Part shown: positions 37,462 to 48,550 of the stretch, piece after piece
How the letters are laid out: every line of letters begins with the position of its first letter
How positions within the stretch are numbered: the stretch's first letter is position 1
Assembly (NCBI GenBank): GCA_965112735.1
Contig: OZ218963.1
Coordinates: 1,612,001-1,676,000, forward strand
DNA length: 64,000 bases
Direction: 5' to 3'
Source of the DNA: Phaeosaccion multiseriatum
Taxonomy: Eukaryota; Protista; Ochrophyta, other classes
Program-made: the position numbers and the translations under genes
Notes under the pieces: model-generated
Databases searched by the model: none
Seen by the model: only the letters and a program-made list of their open reading frames with translations
What the model was told of the DNA's origin: nothing

Positions 37462-39139
37462 ATGTCTCAAGGTGATTATCGAGTGGCCGACATCTCCCTT
37501 GCGGACTTCGGCCGCAGGGAGTGTGACATTGCCGAGCATGAGGTGAGGTACACAAAGGCAGGGAACAGAAAAATCCTTGGGTGGATCTTACGACGCAGAG
37601 CCGTTCAGATGCTGCTGCTGCCCCGCCCCGCTGTTGTTTGGCTCTGCCATTCTGCTTGCTGTTCCCTGGGAGGCCATATAATCTATTGATGAGCGTGTGT
37701 TGGAATGGGGCAGGGTTGGGGCAACCAACTCACACACGCTCTCCCCTCCTCTTCTTCCCTGCCCCTCCCGCTGCTATCCCCAGATGCCCGGGCTCATGGC
37801 GTGCCGCAAGGAGTACAAGGGTGTGCTTGCCGGCGCCCGTATTGCGGGATCCCTGCACATGACCATCCAGACTGCTGTCCTGATTGAAACGCTCAAGGAG
37901 CTCGGCGGAGACATGCGGTGGTGCTCGTGCAACATCTTCTCCACACAGGACCACGCCGCGGCTGCTATGGCTCGTGACGAGTCCGCCGCTGTGTTTGCGT
38001 GGAAGGGTGAGTCCCTGGAGGAGTACTGGGAGTGTACCCTCTCTGCCATCACATGGCCCACGGATGATGGCAAGGGTGACGGACCGGATCTGATTGTGGA
38101 CGACGGAGGTGACATGACCCTCCTCATTCACGAGGGATTCAAGGCCGAGAACGCCTACGAGAAGGACGGAACCCTTCCCGACCCTTCCAGCACAGACAAC
38201 GCTGAGTTCAAGCTGGTGCTGGAGATTATCAAGCGCGAGCTGCCGAAGAACCCCAAGAAGTGGCACCAGTTGGCCGCCCGATGCAAGGGGGTGTCCGAGG
38301 AGACCACCACTGGTGTGCACAGGCTGTATACCATGGAGAAGGAAGGATCGCTGCTCTTCCCCGCCATCAACGTCAACGACTCCGTGACCAAGTCCAAGTT
38401 CGACAACCTGTACGGCTGCAAGCACTCCCTGCCCGACGGCCTGTGCCGCGCAACCGATGTTATGATTGCAGGAAAGAGCACCGTCATTTGCGGTTACGGT
38501 GACGTCGGAAAGGGTTGCGCCCAGGCCATGAAGGCCGCGGGAGGCATTGTATACGTGACGGAGGTGGACCCCATTTGCGCCCTACAGGCAGCCATGGAGG
38601 GCTTCCGCGTGGTGCGCCTGGAGACGGTGGTGGGAATGGCCGACATTTTCATCACCACCACTGGCAACAAGGACATCATCAAGGCCTCCGACATGGAGAA
38701 GATGAAGAACAACGCCATTGTGGGCAACATTGGCCACTTCGACAACGAGATTGAGATGGAGAAGGTCATGGGTATGACCGAGCGCATCAACATCAAGCCC
38801 CAGGTGGACAAGTTTGTGTTCAAGGACGGACACGGCGTTATTGTGCTTGCGGAGGGCCGTCTGCTCAACTTGGGGTGCGCCACGGGCCACCCTTCCTTCG
38901 TCATGTCAAGCTCCTTCACCAACCAGACGCTCGCGCAGATTGAGCTCTGGAAGGAGAAGGACTCCGGAAAGTACGCCGTCGGAAAGGTGTACGTGCTGCC
39001 CAAGCTGCTGGATGAGAAGGTCGCCCGCCTGCACCTGGACGCCCTCGGAGTGGAGCTCACCGAGCTCTCCACGGACCAGGCAGACTACATTGGTGTCGCA
39101 CAGATTGGGCCCTTCAAGCCCGAGACGTACAGGTACTAG
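37462..39139 (+). CDS. SAHH: S-adenosyl-L-homocysteine hydrolase (form with the ~40-aa insert); exons 37462-37542 and 37784-39139
   Basis: [13 protein letters not shown]...E|[62 protein letters not shown]. Confidence 0.98.
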
Positions 39140-41594
39140 ACAAAGGTACACAATGATGTGTGTGGCAGTTGGCACAACAGAGAAAGATGATGAAACTTCA
39201 TTTTGATTTTTGGGTAGAGAAGGGACGAACAGAGAACCCCACATACTAATAAAGTACGTACGACACAAAATTGATGAGAAAAGTGAAGTCAATTTTCTTT
39301 TTTCATGGCCACAGAGTGAACACGTTCCCTATTCCTCTTCCGGCGAACTGAGCAAGCGCGACTCCTCCTCGTGACCAGTCGGCCCGTATGCGTCCTCATC
39401 AGCGCTGTTGTGACTGATCGTCGTCGGTGTCACTTGAATATAATGTGCTACCGATGATCACCCTGTCTTTTGTAGATCAGGCTGCCTCGGAGAGTGCATT
39501 TGGTACCGAATCTGCTGCTGCACCAGCGCTTCTACAACACTAATTTTAACTGCTGGACTCGTCAGCCTTTAGAAGACCCTGCAAACAAGAAGAGGCGGAG
39601 GGCGTTGGAGCAAGAGAATGTCATCAATCAGGGTTCAGACCCATCAGGAATGATGCGTCCGTGTCGCGGAGGGAGATGAGAAAATGCACACAAATTATAG
39701 CCCTCCGACCACACAGAGGTTACGGCTCTTCCACAGCCCGCTCTTCATGCTGCTGGCCTAACCCCCTGTGCACGGGGTACGGAGTCGCGGACGGAGACTA
39801 GAAATGCACACAAAAGTAAATTGCAAAGAAGGGAACTTCCGACACCACTTCCCCATCGAGCTCTTCGTGTTGCTGGCCTAGATAAGCACGTGTGTTGCTG
39901 GCCTAGATAAGAACGTGTGTTGCCCAAGGAAGAGCCCCATGTGACAACCCCCGCGGGGCCAACGGTCGGACACTGTCGCCACCTCACTCACCAGCGTTTG
40001 AAGCTGCTCATCGTCGAGGGTGGGGTAGATGACCCACGAAGCTGTTTGTGTGAAAGGCAGGAGACACGGCGGCACGAGGAAAAGCAGCTTAGAGGGAACC
40101 ACGTGCTTGGCTCGGGATTAGGGATGCTCAGGACCAAAGCAACACAGGGAACGGAGAAGAGGGGCATGCTATCCCTGCAATCGTAACTTCCGCAACGAAT
40201 ACTGGCAACTATCTGAGCAACTTAAAGATACACCCATGCACGGGGCAAAGGCACATAGAAGCGAAAGCGACCGGGGGGGGGGGGAGCTCCCCGGAGAGAC
40301 ATGAAACACACCTGCGACTCCCACCGGAAGCAGCCACGCCGCGCGTTTTGCCATCTGCATTATTGGGACCTTCGCCTTGGATGCGGCTGCGGCTGCTGCT
40401 GCTGGTGGTGACATGTTTCGCCCTTTCTGTCCTTGATTGCTCTTGTCTTTCTCGGTACGGTGACTCACGGAGGCACTCAGCAAAAATGGAAAACGCCACT
40501 GAAACTCACATTCTACCTAGGAGCAAACCTTGATGAGCTTATACCCGCTCAGGCAAGTGTATCTATTGGAAGGAAGCACCTGTTAAGTGTGGGGTGGACT
40601 TCTACTTTGACGCCACAAGGATGCCGTCGACGGCCATAAATCACACCGTTCGGGAATCGATGTCGCAAGTGATTCGCAATTCGGATGCTGGTCTCGTGCA
40701 GCACCCTCATTTACAGGGCGGGGGCCCTCTGAAAGAGCTTCAACGCATCTCGGTGAGCAATAAATACATCCCTCAGAACATGAATGCAACAAGAGAGTGA
40801 TTGGAATCTCAGCCGAACTTCGATCCGGGCGTACTGTGTACGCGAACAACTTGTTTGGCTGTGACCCGGCGAGTCCTCGGTATCAGAAGCTCTCAGAGGC
40901 ATTTTGGAATCACTACTCGCTCGAGCTGGAAGGGACCAAGCGCCTGGAGTTGTCAATGTGAGCGGTAAAGGTAGCACTGTGCCGGCCACTCGCAGCCGGC
41001 CTTAAGACGGCTGGCATGGAGGAGAGAGACCGCGTCTTTGAGACTCCGCGGCCTGATTTCCGCTTCACCGCCAAGTCTGCACCACGCGACCGGAAGGGGG
41101 CGAAGAGAACTGTCGCATCACCTCACGCAGTTTTGGGGGCTGTGCTGGATGGGGCTTACAGACAACATCGGCAAATACGAAGACCCTCCCCCACGTCGAT
41201 CCTTTGGTATGATGACACTCACCTTCGCGTTTCATTTGATGTTCAGGAGATGTAATGTCGATCCCTGAGACGTTCAGCTTCTTATCATTTCATGTTTCGA
41301 GACGTTAGATACATAACAACGATGAAGACTGATAAATACAGCTGAATGAGAGTGCACAGTTTGCGGCCCAACAAGGCCGATGACTACAATTAATTTAAAA
41401 AAATAAATGAGGAGGCCTCTCGATGGGCACGCGGTTTGGATCGAGCGCCGCAACTGCGCCTTCCCCACTTCGTAAATGATTCGCCAGCAAGTGTGCGGAG
41501 AAGAGACGATGGGAAGAGCCGGGCCATGGAGCACTGACATCACAATGAAACACCAATTCACTCCCTCTTGATAACTCTATCAAGCGTGAGACTG

Positions 41595-43253
41595 TCAAGC
41601 ATTGACTACGACATTGTCCAAGAGGGGGACATCATCATCGGGAGCATTGCTGCTGCTGCTGCTCCTGTCCTTTTCCATTTTCGGGGTGCTGCTACCGCTG
41701 CTATTACCGCTCCTAGTGCTGTGCAGAAGGTACATCTGAACGAGCACCGCAGCTGCCAACAGGGCCGTACAGATGCCAAACACTATGTGCTTCTTGACGC
41801 TCAGCTCCCAGTCGCTGCCGATGGGCCCTGTCAGCATGATGACCACAATCGTATTGAGCAGCACCCGAAACAAGTTCATCACTGTGCCGCGTGCGCTGTC
41901 CTCGATGTATCTGGATCTCATCGTGCCGATAGCCGGAAAGTACACGCCCACGCACCCCTCAAACACGAGCATGACCGCCATTATGAGGGCGGGCGTTTCG
42001 AAGCTGGCAACGAAGTACATGCACACCGTACTAACGAAGCCCACCCATAGCAGCACCTTCTCGGGGCTCATCCTCCACTTGTGGGGTAGTACCTCCGTCA
42101 GGAAGCCAAAGGCCGTGCTGCCGCCCATCACCGCGATCATAAAGCCCGTGAACACGTCGCCGTGATGAATGCTCACGGAGGGAAGTCCTCTGCTTGCGGC
42201 GTCTTGCTCGGCCGCTGCGTCCAGCACGGGCGTCCACATGACGACAAAGGTGAGCATCGCGCTCTCAAAGAAGGACTGGTAGAGACCAACGCACAGAGTC
42301 TTGGGGTTGGAGGCGATCTGCTTGCAGGCGAGACGGGTGTTGGCCAAGGCGTCACGCAGTGCAGTACCGACACCTCCACTGCTGCTGCTGCCTGTCTGTC
42401 GGGTACCGTAGTTCTCCGTCCACATCAGCATGAGCAGCCCTGCTACGACCACGCCCATTGCCGCTGACAAGTCGAATGGGGCCTGGATGCCCCAGCCCTT
42501 GTCCACCCCCATGCCCGATAAATGGCCGGCGCCCACAGCTACCAACCCCATACCCTGCACGTATTGGCTGAAAGTTCTTCCCAGCAGAGCCGAGGGGAAG
42601 CCTCTGCTGTGGTGCTCGTCCACCATCCAGCACTCGTAGGACGTGGCAAAAAGGGCGTACGCCACTCCGGAAATTGCCCGCCCCAGAAACAAAACGCGGT
42701 AGCTCCCTGACCGAAGCATGAGGCACTGCAGAACGTGCAGGAAGCAGGACGCCAGGCAGCCTTTGCGCCGCCCGAACTTGTCCACAGCCGCACCGATGCA
42801 CATGCTGGCCACCCCGGCAGACACGAAGCCGGCGGTGAACAGCAGTCCAATGTCCGTAATCTCAAAACCCTTCACTGAGTATAGCTCATAGAGGTACGGC
42901 CCCATCATGAAGTCTGCGAGCGTCGCTAACAGATGCACGAGAAGGTAGACATTGCGAAAGCGCAAGAAGGCCTTTGGAGCGGCAGAGACGGCATCAACCG
43001 CACTGCTGCTGCCGACGGTGTCCGACTTCGATAGTGGGGAGTGTCCCAGGCCCACGAACAGACTGGAGCCGAAGTAAATCGAGGCCGTGAGGATAGCCGT
43101 CACAAAGACGGACAGCTCCACAGCTCCAAGCTCACCTCCTTCTCCATCGCCCTTAAAAGTCGAGAACGTGAACACCGCAGTGACTGCCGTCCAACCCCCC
43201 AGGCTACGTAACACTGACCGCCTGCTGCCCCCCTCTCCTTCGGCCTGCGACAT
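41595..43253 (-). CDS. MFS transporter of the MFSD5/MOT2 (molybdate-anion transporter) family
   Basis: FRNVYLLVHLLATLADFMMGPYLYELY, DKFGRRKGC, GRAISGVA...SYECWMVDEH, FEGCVGVYFPAIGTMRSRYI...RGTVMNLFRV. The start (MSQAEG) is uncertain; the ORF is open to 43559. Confidence 0.9.
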   Translation of the reverse strand: MSQAEGEGGSRRSVLRSLGGWTAVTAVFTFSTFKGDGEGGELGAVELSVFVTAILTASIYFGSSLFVGLGHSPLSKSDTVGSSSAVDAVSAAPKAFLRFRNVYLLVHLLATLADFMMGPYLYELYSVKGFEITDIGLLFTAGFVSAGVASMCIGAAVDKFGRRKGCLASCFLHVLQCLMLRSGSYRVLFLGRAISGVAYALFATSYECWMVDEHHSRGFPSALLGRTFSQYVQGMGLVAVGAGHLSGMGVDKGWGIQAPFDLSAAMGVVVAGLLMLMWTENYGTRQTGSSSSGGVGTALRDALANTRLACKQIASNPKTLCVGLYQSFFESAMLTFVVMWTPVLDAAAEQDAASRGLPSVSIHHGDVFTGFMIAVMGGSTAFGFLTEVLPHKWRMSPEKVLLWVGFVSTVCMYFVASFETPALIMAVMLVFEGCVGVYFPAIGTMRSRYIEDSARGTVMNLFRVLLNTIVVIMLTGPIGSDWELSVKKHIVFGICTALLAAAVLVQMYLLHSTRSGNSSGSSTPKMEKDRSSSSSNAPDDDVPLLDNVVVNA

Positions 43254-43752
43254 CTCCTCCGACTTGTGCTGTGGTGGCGAGCAAGGAGGGAGGATTTGGA
43301 GGGGTATGGAGGGGCATGCAGAGGGGCGAGGATTGATTAGTGCTCTGGGCGTTATTTTAGGGAGAACCATCCTCCAAAAAAGCCGGAGAAGATACCGCAT
43401 ATGCATATAAGATACCGCAAATATACCAGACCGAGAAGCACAGATCCTAGCACAAGTCTCTTCCACACCTGTTATTCTTGCCTCACTGTCTTGGCCCTGC
43501 CGGTTCCGAGCACAGCAGAAAAAGAGAAAAACAGGCAAAATTTCAGCACGTCCTGACACTTGTACAAAACGGGAGGTGGAGAAGATTAAAAATCGAGTTC
43601 CCGTTTTCGGCTCCAGACTGGCCTAGTAGAAGCCTAAGCTCTAGGCCCTAGGCCGAGCGGCCTACGCCCGCTCTAGGCCGGCCGTTTTTTCTCCCTAGGC
43701 CGGCGGTTCTAGGCCTAGGCCTCGACGATCGACGACGACCTAGCTAGCTAGT

Positions 43753-43913
43753 CAGCGGGGCGGGCCGGGGCAGCAGCAGCATCTGAACGGCTCTGCGTCG
43801 TAAGATCCACCCAAGGATTTTTCTGTTCCCTGCCTTTGTGTACCTCACCTCATGCTCGGCAATGTCACACTCCCTGCGGCCGAAGTCCGCAAGGGAGATG
43901 TCGGCCACTCGAT
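43753..43913 (-). pseudogene. Captured SAHH fragment (part of exon 1, 5' splice site and part of intron 1)
   Basis: 43766-43913 is the exact reverse complement of 37478-37625 (148 bp); similarity extends to 43753 with a 5-nt insertion. Confidence 0.95.
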
Positions 43914-44560
43914 GACGACCTATCTGTCGGCCCCAGCCATCCACGCCTAGCGGTTTTGCTCTAGGCCGCTAAGCCGCTCGGCCTTCGGCCAATCTAGGCC
44001 TAGGCCGGCGGCCTCCGGCCGCTCTAGGCCGCTCACTTCTCAGTCCTAGGCGGCCTATATAGCCCGCCTCTAGGCAGCCTCCCAGTGACCGTGGGCGCGT
44101 GCGTGGTGCCGAACAGCCAGTGGGTAGCAGCACATCTGTAGGTCTGCACTCCTCGTAGGGCCAGCGAGGCGGAAGAGACAACACGAACCAAGCCTACTCC
44201 ACTTCCAATCCCATGCGACTACTCTTTGCACTCTGGGCACTCCCATTCACCCACTAAGTTGGCTGGTGTCTGCCCTAGGCCGCGCGGGCCTCCGGCCCGC
44301 CTAGGCCGCCTAGGCGGCGGCATATAAATACGCCGAGGGCCTACGGCCCTCGCTAGGCCGGGCAATTTTCCCAAATAGGCCTAGGCCGCTAGGCCGCTAG
44401 GCGTGCATGGGGCTGATATCTGATCAGTAATTACGGCCGGCGCAGGCGGCCTGATTACTGATTATGACCGGCGCCAGCCGGTCTGAGTACTGATTATGCG
44501 CCAGCCGGGGGCTGATTACTGATTACGGCCGGCGCACACCGTAATCTTGTCCAGGGTCGA

Positions 44561-44866
44561 AGGGAGGGAGGGAGGGAGGGAGGGAGGGAGGGAGGGAGGG
44601 AGGGAGGGAGGGAAGGAGGGCGGGAGGGAGGGAGGGAGGGAGGGAGGGAGGGAGGGAGGGAGGGAGGGAGGGAGGGAGGGAGGGAGGGAGGGAGGGAGGG
44701 AGGGAGGGAGGGAGGGAGGGAGGGAGGGAGGGAGGGAGGGAGGGAGGGAGGGAGGGAGGGAGGGAGGGAGGGAGGGAGGGAGGGAGGGAGGGAGGGAGGG
44801 AGGGAGGGAGGGAGGGAGGGAGGGAGGGAGGGAGGGAGGGAGGGAGGGAGGGAGGGAGGGAGGGAG
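44561..44866. repeat. (GGGA)n tract (~306 bp) bracketed by two MITE TIRs
   Basis: Starts immediately after atcttgtccagggtcga (44544-44560) and ends immediately before tcgaccctggacaagat (44867-44883). Confidence 0.95.
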
Positions 44867-45020
44867 TCGACCCTGGACAAGATCATCTGATTCTGATTAC
44901 GACCGGCGCCAGCCGGTCTGGTTGCTTACAGCCGGTGACCAGCCGGCCTGATTACTGATTTTGGCCGGGGGCTGATTACTGGTTGCGGCCGGCGCACACC
45001 GTAATCTTGTCCAGGGTCGA
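44867..45020. mobile_element. MITE nested in the Pack element (a 5'-degenerate sister copy lies at ~44403-44560)
   Basis: 17-bp TIR tcgaccctggacaagat / atcttgtccagggtcga; internal ctgattactgatt and gccggcgccagccgg motifs shared with 49778-50071; no TSD visible. Confidence 0.85.
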
Positions 45021-45158
45021 TAGGCCTAGGCCGCTGCCGGGGGGGCTGCGCCAAAAATAGGCCTAGGCCGGGGACCTGCGGCCCCCTCTAGGCCGGCCGA
45101 ATTTCGTCTCTAGGCCTAGCTGGGCTTCTGGCTAGGCCAGTCTGGAGCCGACCGTTTG

Positions 45159-45318
45159 TCAACCCCTGATACACTATCCGCTATCGCTGGCGCCAGCTAT
45201 CCGCTGTCGCCGGCGCCAGCCGGCACGCTATCCGCTATCGGCCGGCGCCAGCCAGCCGGCGCGCTATGCCCCCCGGGGCCCGATAGCGCGCTGAGGAGGT
45301 GCATGCATCAGGGGTTGA
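45159..45318. mobile_element. MITE, gctatc-repeat subfamily
   Basis: 12-bp TIR tcaacccctgat / atcaggggttga; internal gccggcgccagcc and gctatccgctatcg repeats; no TSD seen. Confidence 0.7.
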
Positions 45319-45714
45319 GTACCCAACCGAAAGGGTTGCCCGCGGAATTTTTTTGGCCGCTGCTAAACCGTAGAAGGCGAAAGAACCGTAGAAAGGCCTC
45401 TGAGTGGGCTGAGAGAGGACCTTAGGTCGTGTGCAGTGTGCAGTGTGAGCAGAGAAGAAAGAAATTTTTTACTGAAAAAAGGGGGGGGGGAGAATTTATG
45501 AAGAGGGGCTCAGCAGCTACAGGGCCAAACCAAAACAATGCATTTGGTCGCGTTCACTATTATCGTCGCCATGCAGCTACTGGTACATGCATGAGCCGGT
45601 CTGCTCTCGTGATATCACCCCGCGCCCCCCAAACCATGAGTAACACTATTATGCCAACGATGAAACCGTCATTCCCCCCCCCCCACACAGGAGGAAGACT
45701 GGTATAGTATGGGG

Positions 45715-45870
45715 ACAGTATTAGGGGTCCAACGTTTCGGTAGCACCAATCCTCCGGTATGAAGGTGTAGGACTCACCGAGCGCACCTTTTGTTACGATA
45801 AAGGCATCCCAATATGCCTTCATTTTTTTTTTCAGACTGAAGGCATAATGGGATGCCTTATATCGTAACA
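45715..45870. mobile_element. Truncated, diverged, inverted copy of the 46385-46609 element
   Basis: Aligns to the reverse complement of ~46385-46552, retains the internal hairpin (45791-45870) and ends in tatcgtaaca. Confidence 0.8.
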
Positions 45871-46384
45871 GAGTTGCAACGCCATGTACCGTGGTATACT
45901 TGTTCAAGACGAGAGGATGTTGTACGACGGGATCTCCACTTTGGATATCTCAGTTCTCCCCAATGTTATCCACCTACCGGCCGCGACATTTCAGAGCAGG
46001 AGAAAAAGGGGGGGGAATGGTGGAAGCAGCGGCCTGCGTGCTGAAGGAGGTGGCAGAAGTACATGCATCCCAAGATGGGATGGCACAGAGCCCGGGAAGG
46101 TGGACTTGTGTGTGGACACTGATTTGGATCTGTGTAAGCTCCCAAGTTTTGTATGGCTTCAAAGTCATTCGATTAACCATGTGGACAGCTTCACCGCGCA
46201 GCTTTTTTCATGTGTCTGGGACGGGGTGCTGCAGGACAATAAAGGTAAGTATGTCCTTGCTGTTCCCGTCGTTGCCTGACTGATGCCCTTAGGGTTTGAT
46301 CCCACCAGAGTCATGACGCTCTTCTGTGATGCTGACGATGCTCCGCTCGTTCCCTCTTATCCTGCAGGATGTTGAGGGGGTTGT

Positions 46385-46609
46385 TGTTACGATATAAGAC
46401 ATCTCAATATGCCTTCAGTATTATCCGAACGTTTGGATAATACTGAAGGCATATTGGGATGCCTTATATCGTAACAAAAGGTGGGTTCCTTGAGCCCTAC
46501 ACCTTCGCACCGGGGGGTTGGCGCTACCGACACGTTCGTCCCTAAATACTGTATTTTCCAAACGTTCGGATAATACTGAAGGCATATTGAGATGTCTTAT
46601 ATCGTAACA
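46385..46609. mobile_element. 225-bp MITE with TGT...ACA ends, 53-bp perfect TIR and 5-bp TSD (Ginger-like termini)
   Basis: TIR 46385-46437 versus 46557-46609; TSD gttgt at 46380-46384 and 46610-46614; a third internal TIR-like copy forms a 92-bp hairpin at 46385-46476. Confidence 0.88.
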
Positions 46610-48102
46610 GTTGTACCAGCGCATGACCGTGATACCACCCCACCACGAGTTTTGCCAAGTCTTCGCCTTGATTCGGTCGGTCCCGACAGGGTAGCAGCAG
46701 CAGCCACAGGTCCACAGGAGCTGAAGCAAGTCTTAGACGGGGATCAAGGCGAGAAGAGTCTTCTCTAAGCCGCCTCGCGCTTGGCGTGGTAAGAAGAAAG
46801 GTATTTTTGCTGTCTCGCGCGCCGCAATGTATCATCGCATTCTCGATTTAGAGGAAGGAGGGGGGGGGCTCTGGGTGGGCTCCAGGACCGAAGGCATGGC
46901 GGGCTGATAGAGAGACCTCCAAGGGACCAAGATGACGGGCTTGAGTGTGCATGGGCGGGTCAGAGAGCAGAAGGGAAAAGCTAAGGGGGAAGTTAAGGAG
47001 ACCACCTTCTCCGCGGGTCGAAGATGATTTGGGCGCTTTGCTGTGGGCTGTTTGGACCTAATTTGGACGAATGTAAGCATAGTAGAGGACTACACACACT
47101 CATACTGCAAGAGGGACACTTATTGGGGGTGTACAGGGCCGTCTACGGTTTATTTTTGCCCCGACGGTTTCTGCCGCCCGCCCGCGGCAGATTTTTCCAA
47201 ATGTGCGACGCTTTCCGAATAATGTTATCGGTGTGGCCTCGTGGACCGGAAGGCCTCCTGCCATGCCGCGAACGCTACAAAAGGAGTTTCCTTGGATCAA
47301 GATTTCCCTCTTGCAGAGCTCCACGGTGCCGTATCCTCATATCCATGCCTCGCTGGAAATTCTCCCTCGACTCAGGCAGATTTGTCGTCCATAATGCAGA
47401 CAAAGAAGGGGGCAAGCGGCAATTCAAGTGGACCAGGACATCCATAGGGACAAAGCAAGGAAGCGGAGACAGCCTCCTGGTGCTCCTGTCTCACTTATCT
47501 GTGCTGTCGCGCCCTGTCGCCAGGCTTGATTCAGTCTACCCCCCCCAAAAGGCGTCGCAAGGCAGGGGAGAGGCGGCTCCATGTTAGCCTCAGGGCCAAG
47601 GGCAGTGACGACCCTTCCCGGAACAGCTCTCAGTAGCCTCCTAGAGGCCTACCGCTCACTCCAAGTTCGATGAGATGTGCGTACGGGCTGATTAAGTGGA
47701 GTGGTGTATTTAATAGACGTTACTAATGTGATCGATGATGTCCTGTCCTTACGCTTACCCCGATGTCCTTTATTCCCTTGTCCTGATACTCCTTTCCCTA
47801 CTACACGGCCTTGTCACTTCCCTTTGCCGCCTACACGGCCTCATCCCTTTGCCCCCCCGACACGGCTTCGTCACTGAACCGCCCCTCCCACTGTCCCGAA
47901 TTTGACCGAAATAGACCTCCTCGATATCCCCTGTCGATGTCCTGCCCATACACTTACATGAGCAGCCGCCTCGACGAAACACTCGAAAAGGACGCTGGAA
48001 GCAGACGCACGGAAACTGCCTGCCACCCACACCCCTCCCCCCCCCCTCCCCACACACACACGCACACACACACACATATACATATATACTCGTTGCTATT
48101 AT

Positions 48103-48515
48103 TTACATCGCGTCGATCGGCGGGGGCAGCTCTGGGATGGATCCCAGCACAAAGTGAGAGCCTGCAAACAGCGCCGCCATACTCGCTGCTTTCGTCGAAC
48201 CTCTTTGCTGCCCATGCGACTCCCGAGCGCCAACGGGTGCATCAACAGCGGTTGAGGCCGTGCTCTGTTGCGGTTGCTGCTCCTGCTGCTGCCGCTGCTG
48301 CGGCTTCCTTCCTCGGAAACCACCCACCTCATCTGTCCCCACCAGCTCCGCCAGACCCGACGACTGGGCTCTGGGGGCGCCCCCCGCTCCTCCTCCATTG
48401 TGAAAGGGCGCACTACCGGTCCTTCCCCCGACCGCGCCTCCGCCCCACCCACCCGTGCCCGTATTCTGTTCTCTTCCTCCTCCTCCTCCTCCCCCTCCCC
48501 CCCCTCCTGCTCCTC

Positions 48516-48550
<35 letters not shown>

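Larger units (their letters stand above)
43607..45151. mobile_element. Non-autonomous TIR DNA transposon (Pack-type) carrying captured host DNA and nested MITEs
   Basis: Perfect 20-bp TIR tcggctccagactggcctag (43607-43626) / ctaggccagtctggagccga (45132-45151), with imperfect extension to ~33 bp. TSD ccgttt at 43601-43606 and 45152-45157. CCTAGG/CTAGGCC-rich internal blocks; no transposase ORF. Confidence 0.9.

Noticed and set aside
43744-43944. 66-aa ORF as a second SAHH gene
   Set aside because: It contains only 21 SAHH codons plus translated intron, lacks the native start, and is transposon cargo.
46380-46610. Introner hypothesis for the TGT...ACA MITE (it ends in taacag)
   Set aside because: The available GT donors with the terminal AG remove 231, 228 or 225 nt, versus 230 needed to restore the pre-insertion sequence. 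No host gene is established here.
45539-47590. Possible multi-exon gene across the MITE cluster
   Set aside because: Some splice-like sites exist, but a candidate exon is partly MITE-derived and no protein family is recognisable.
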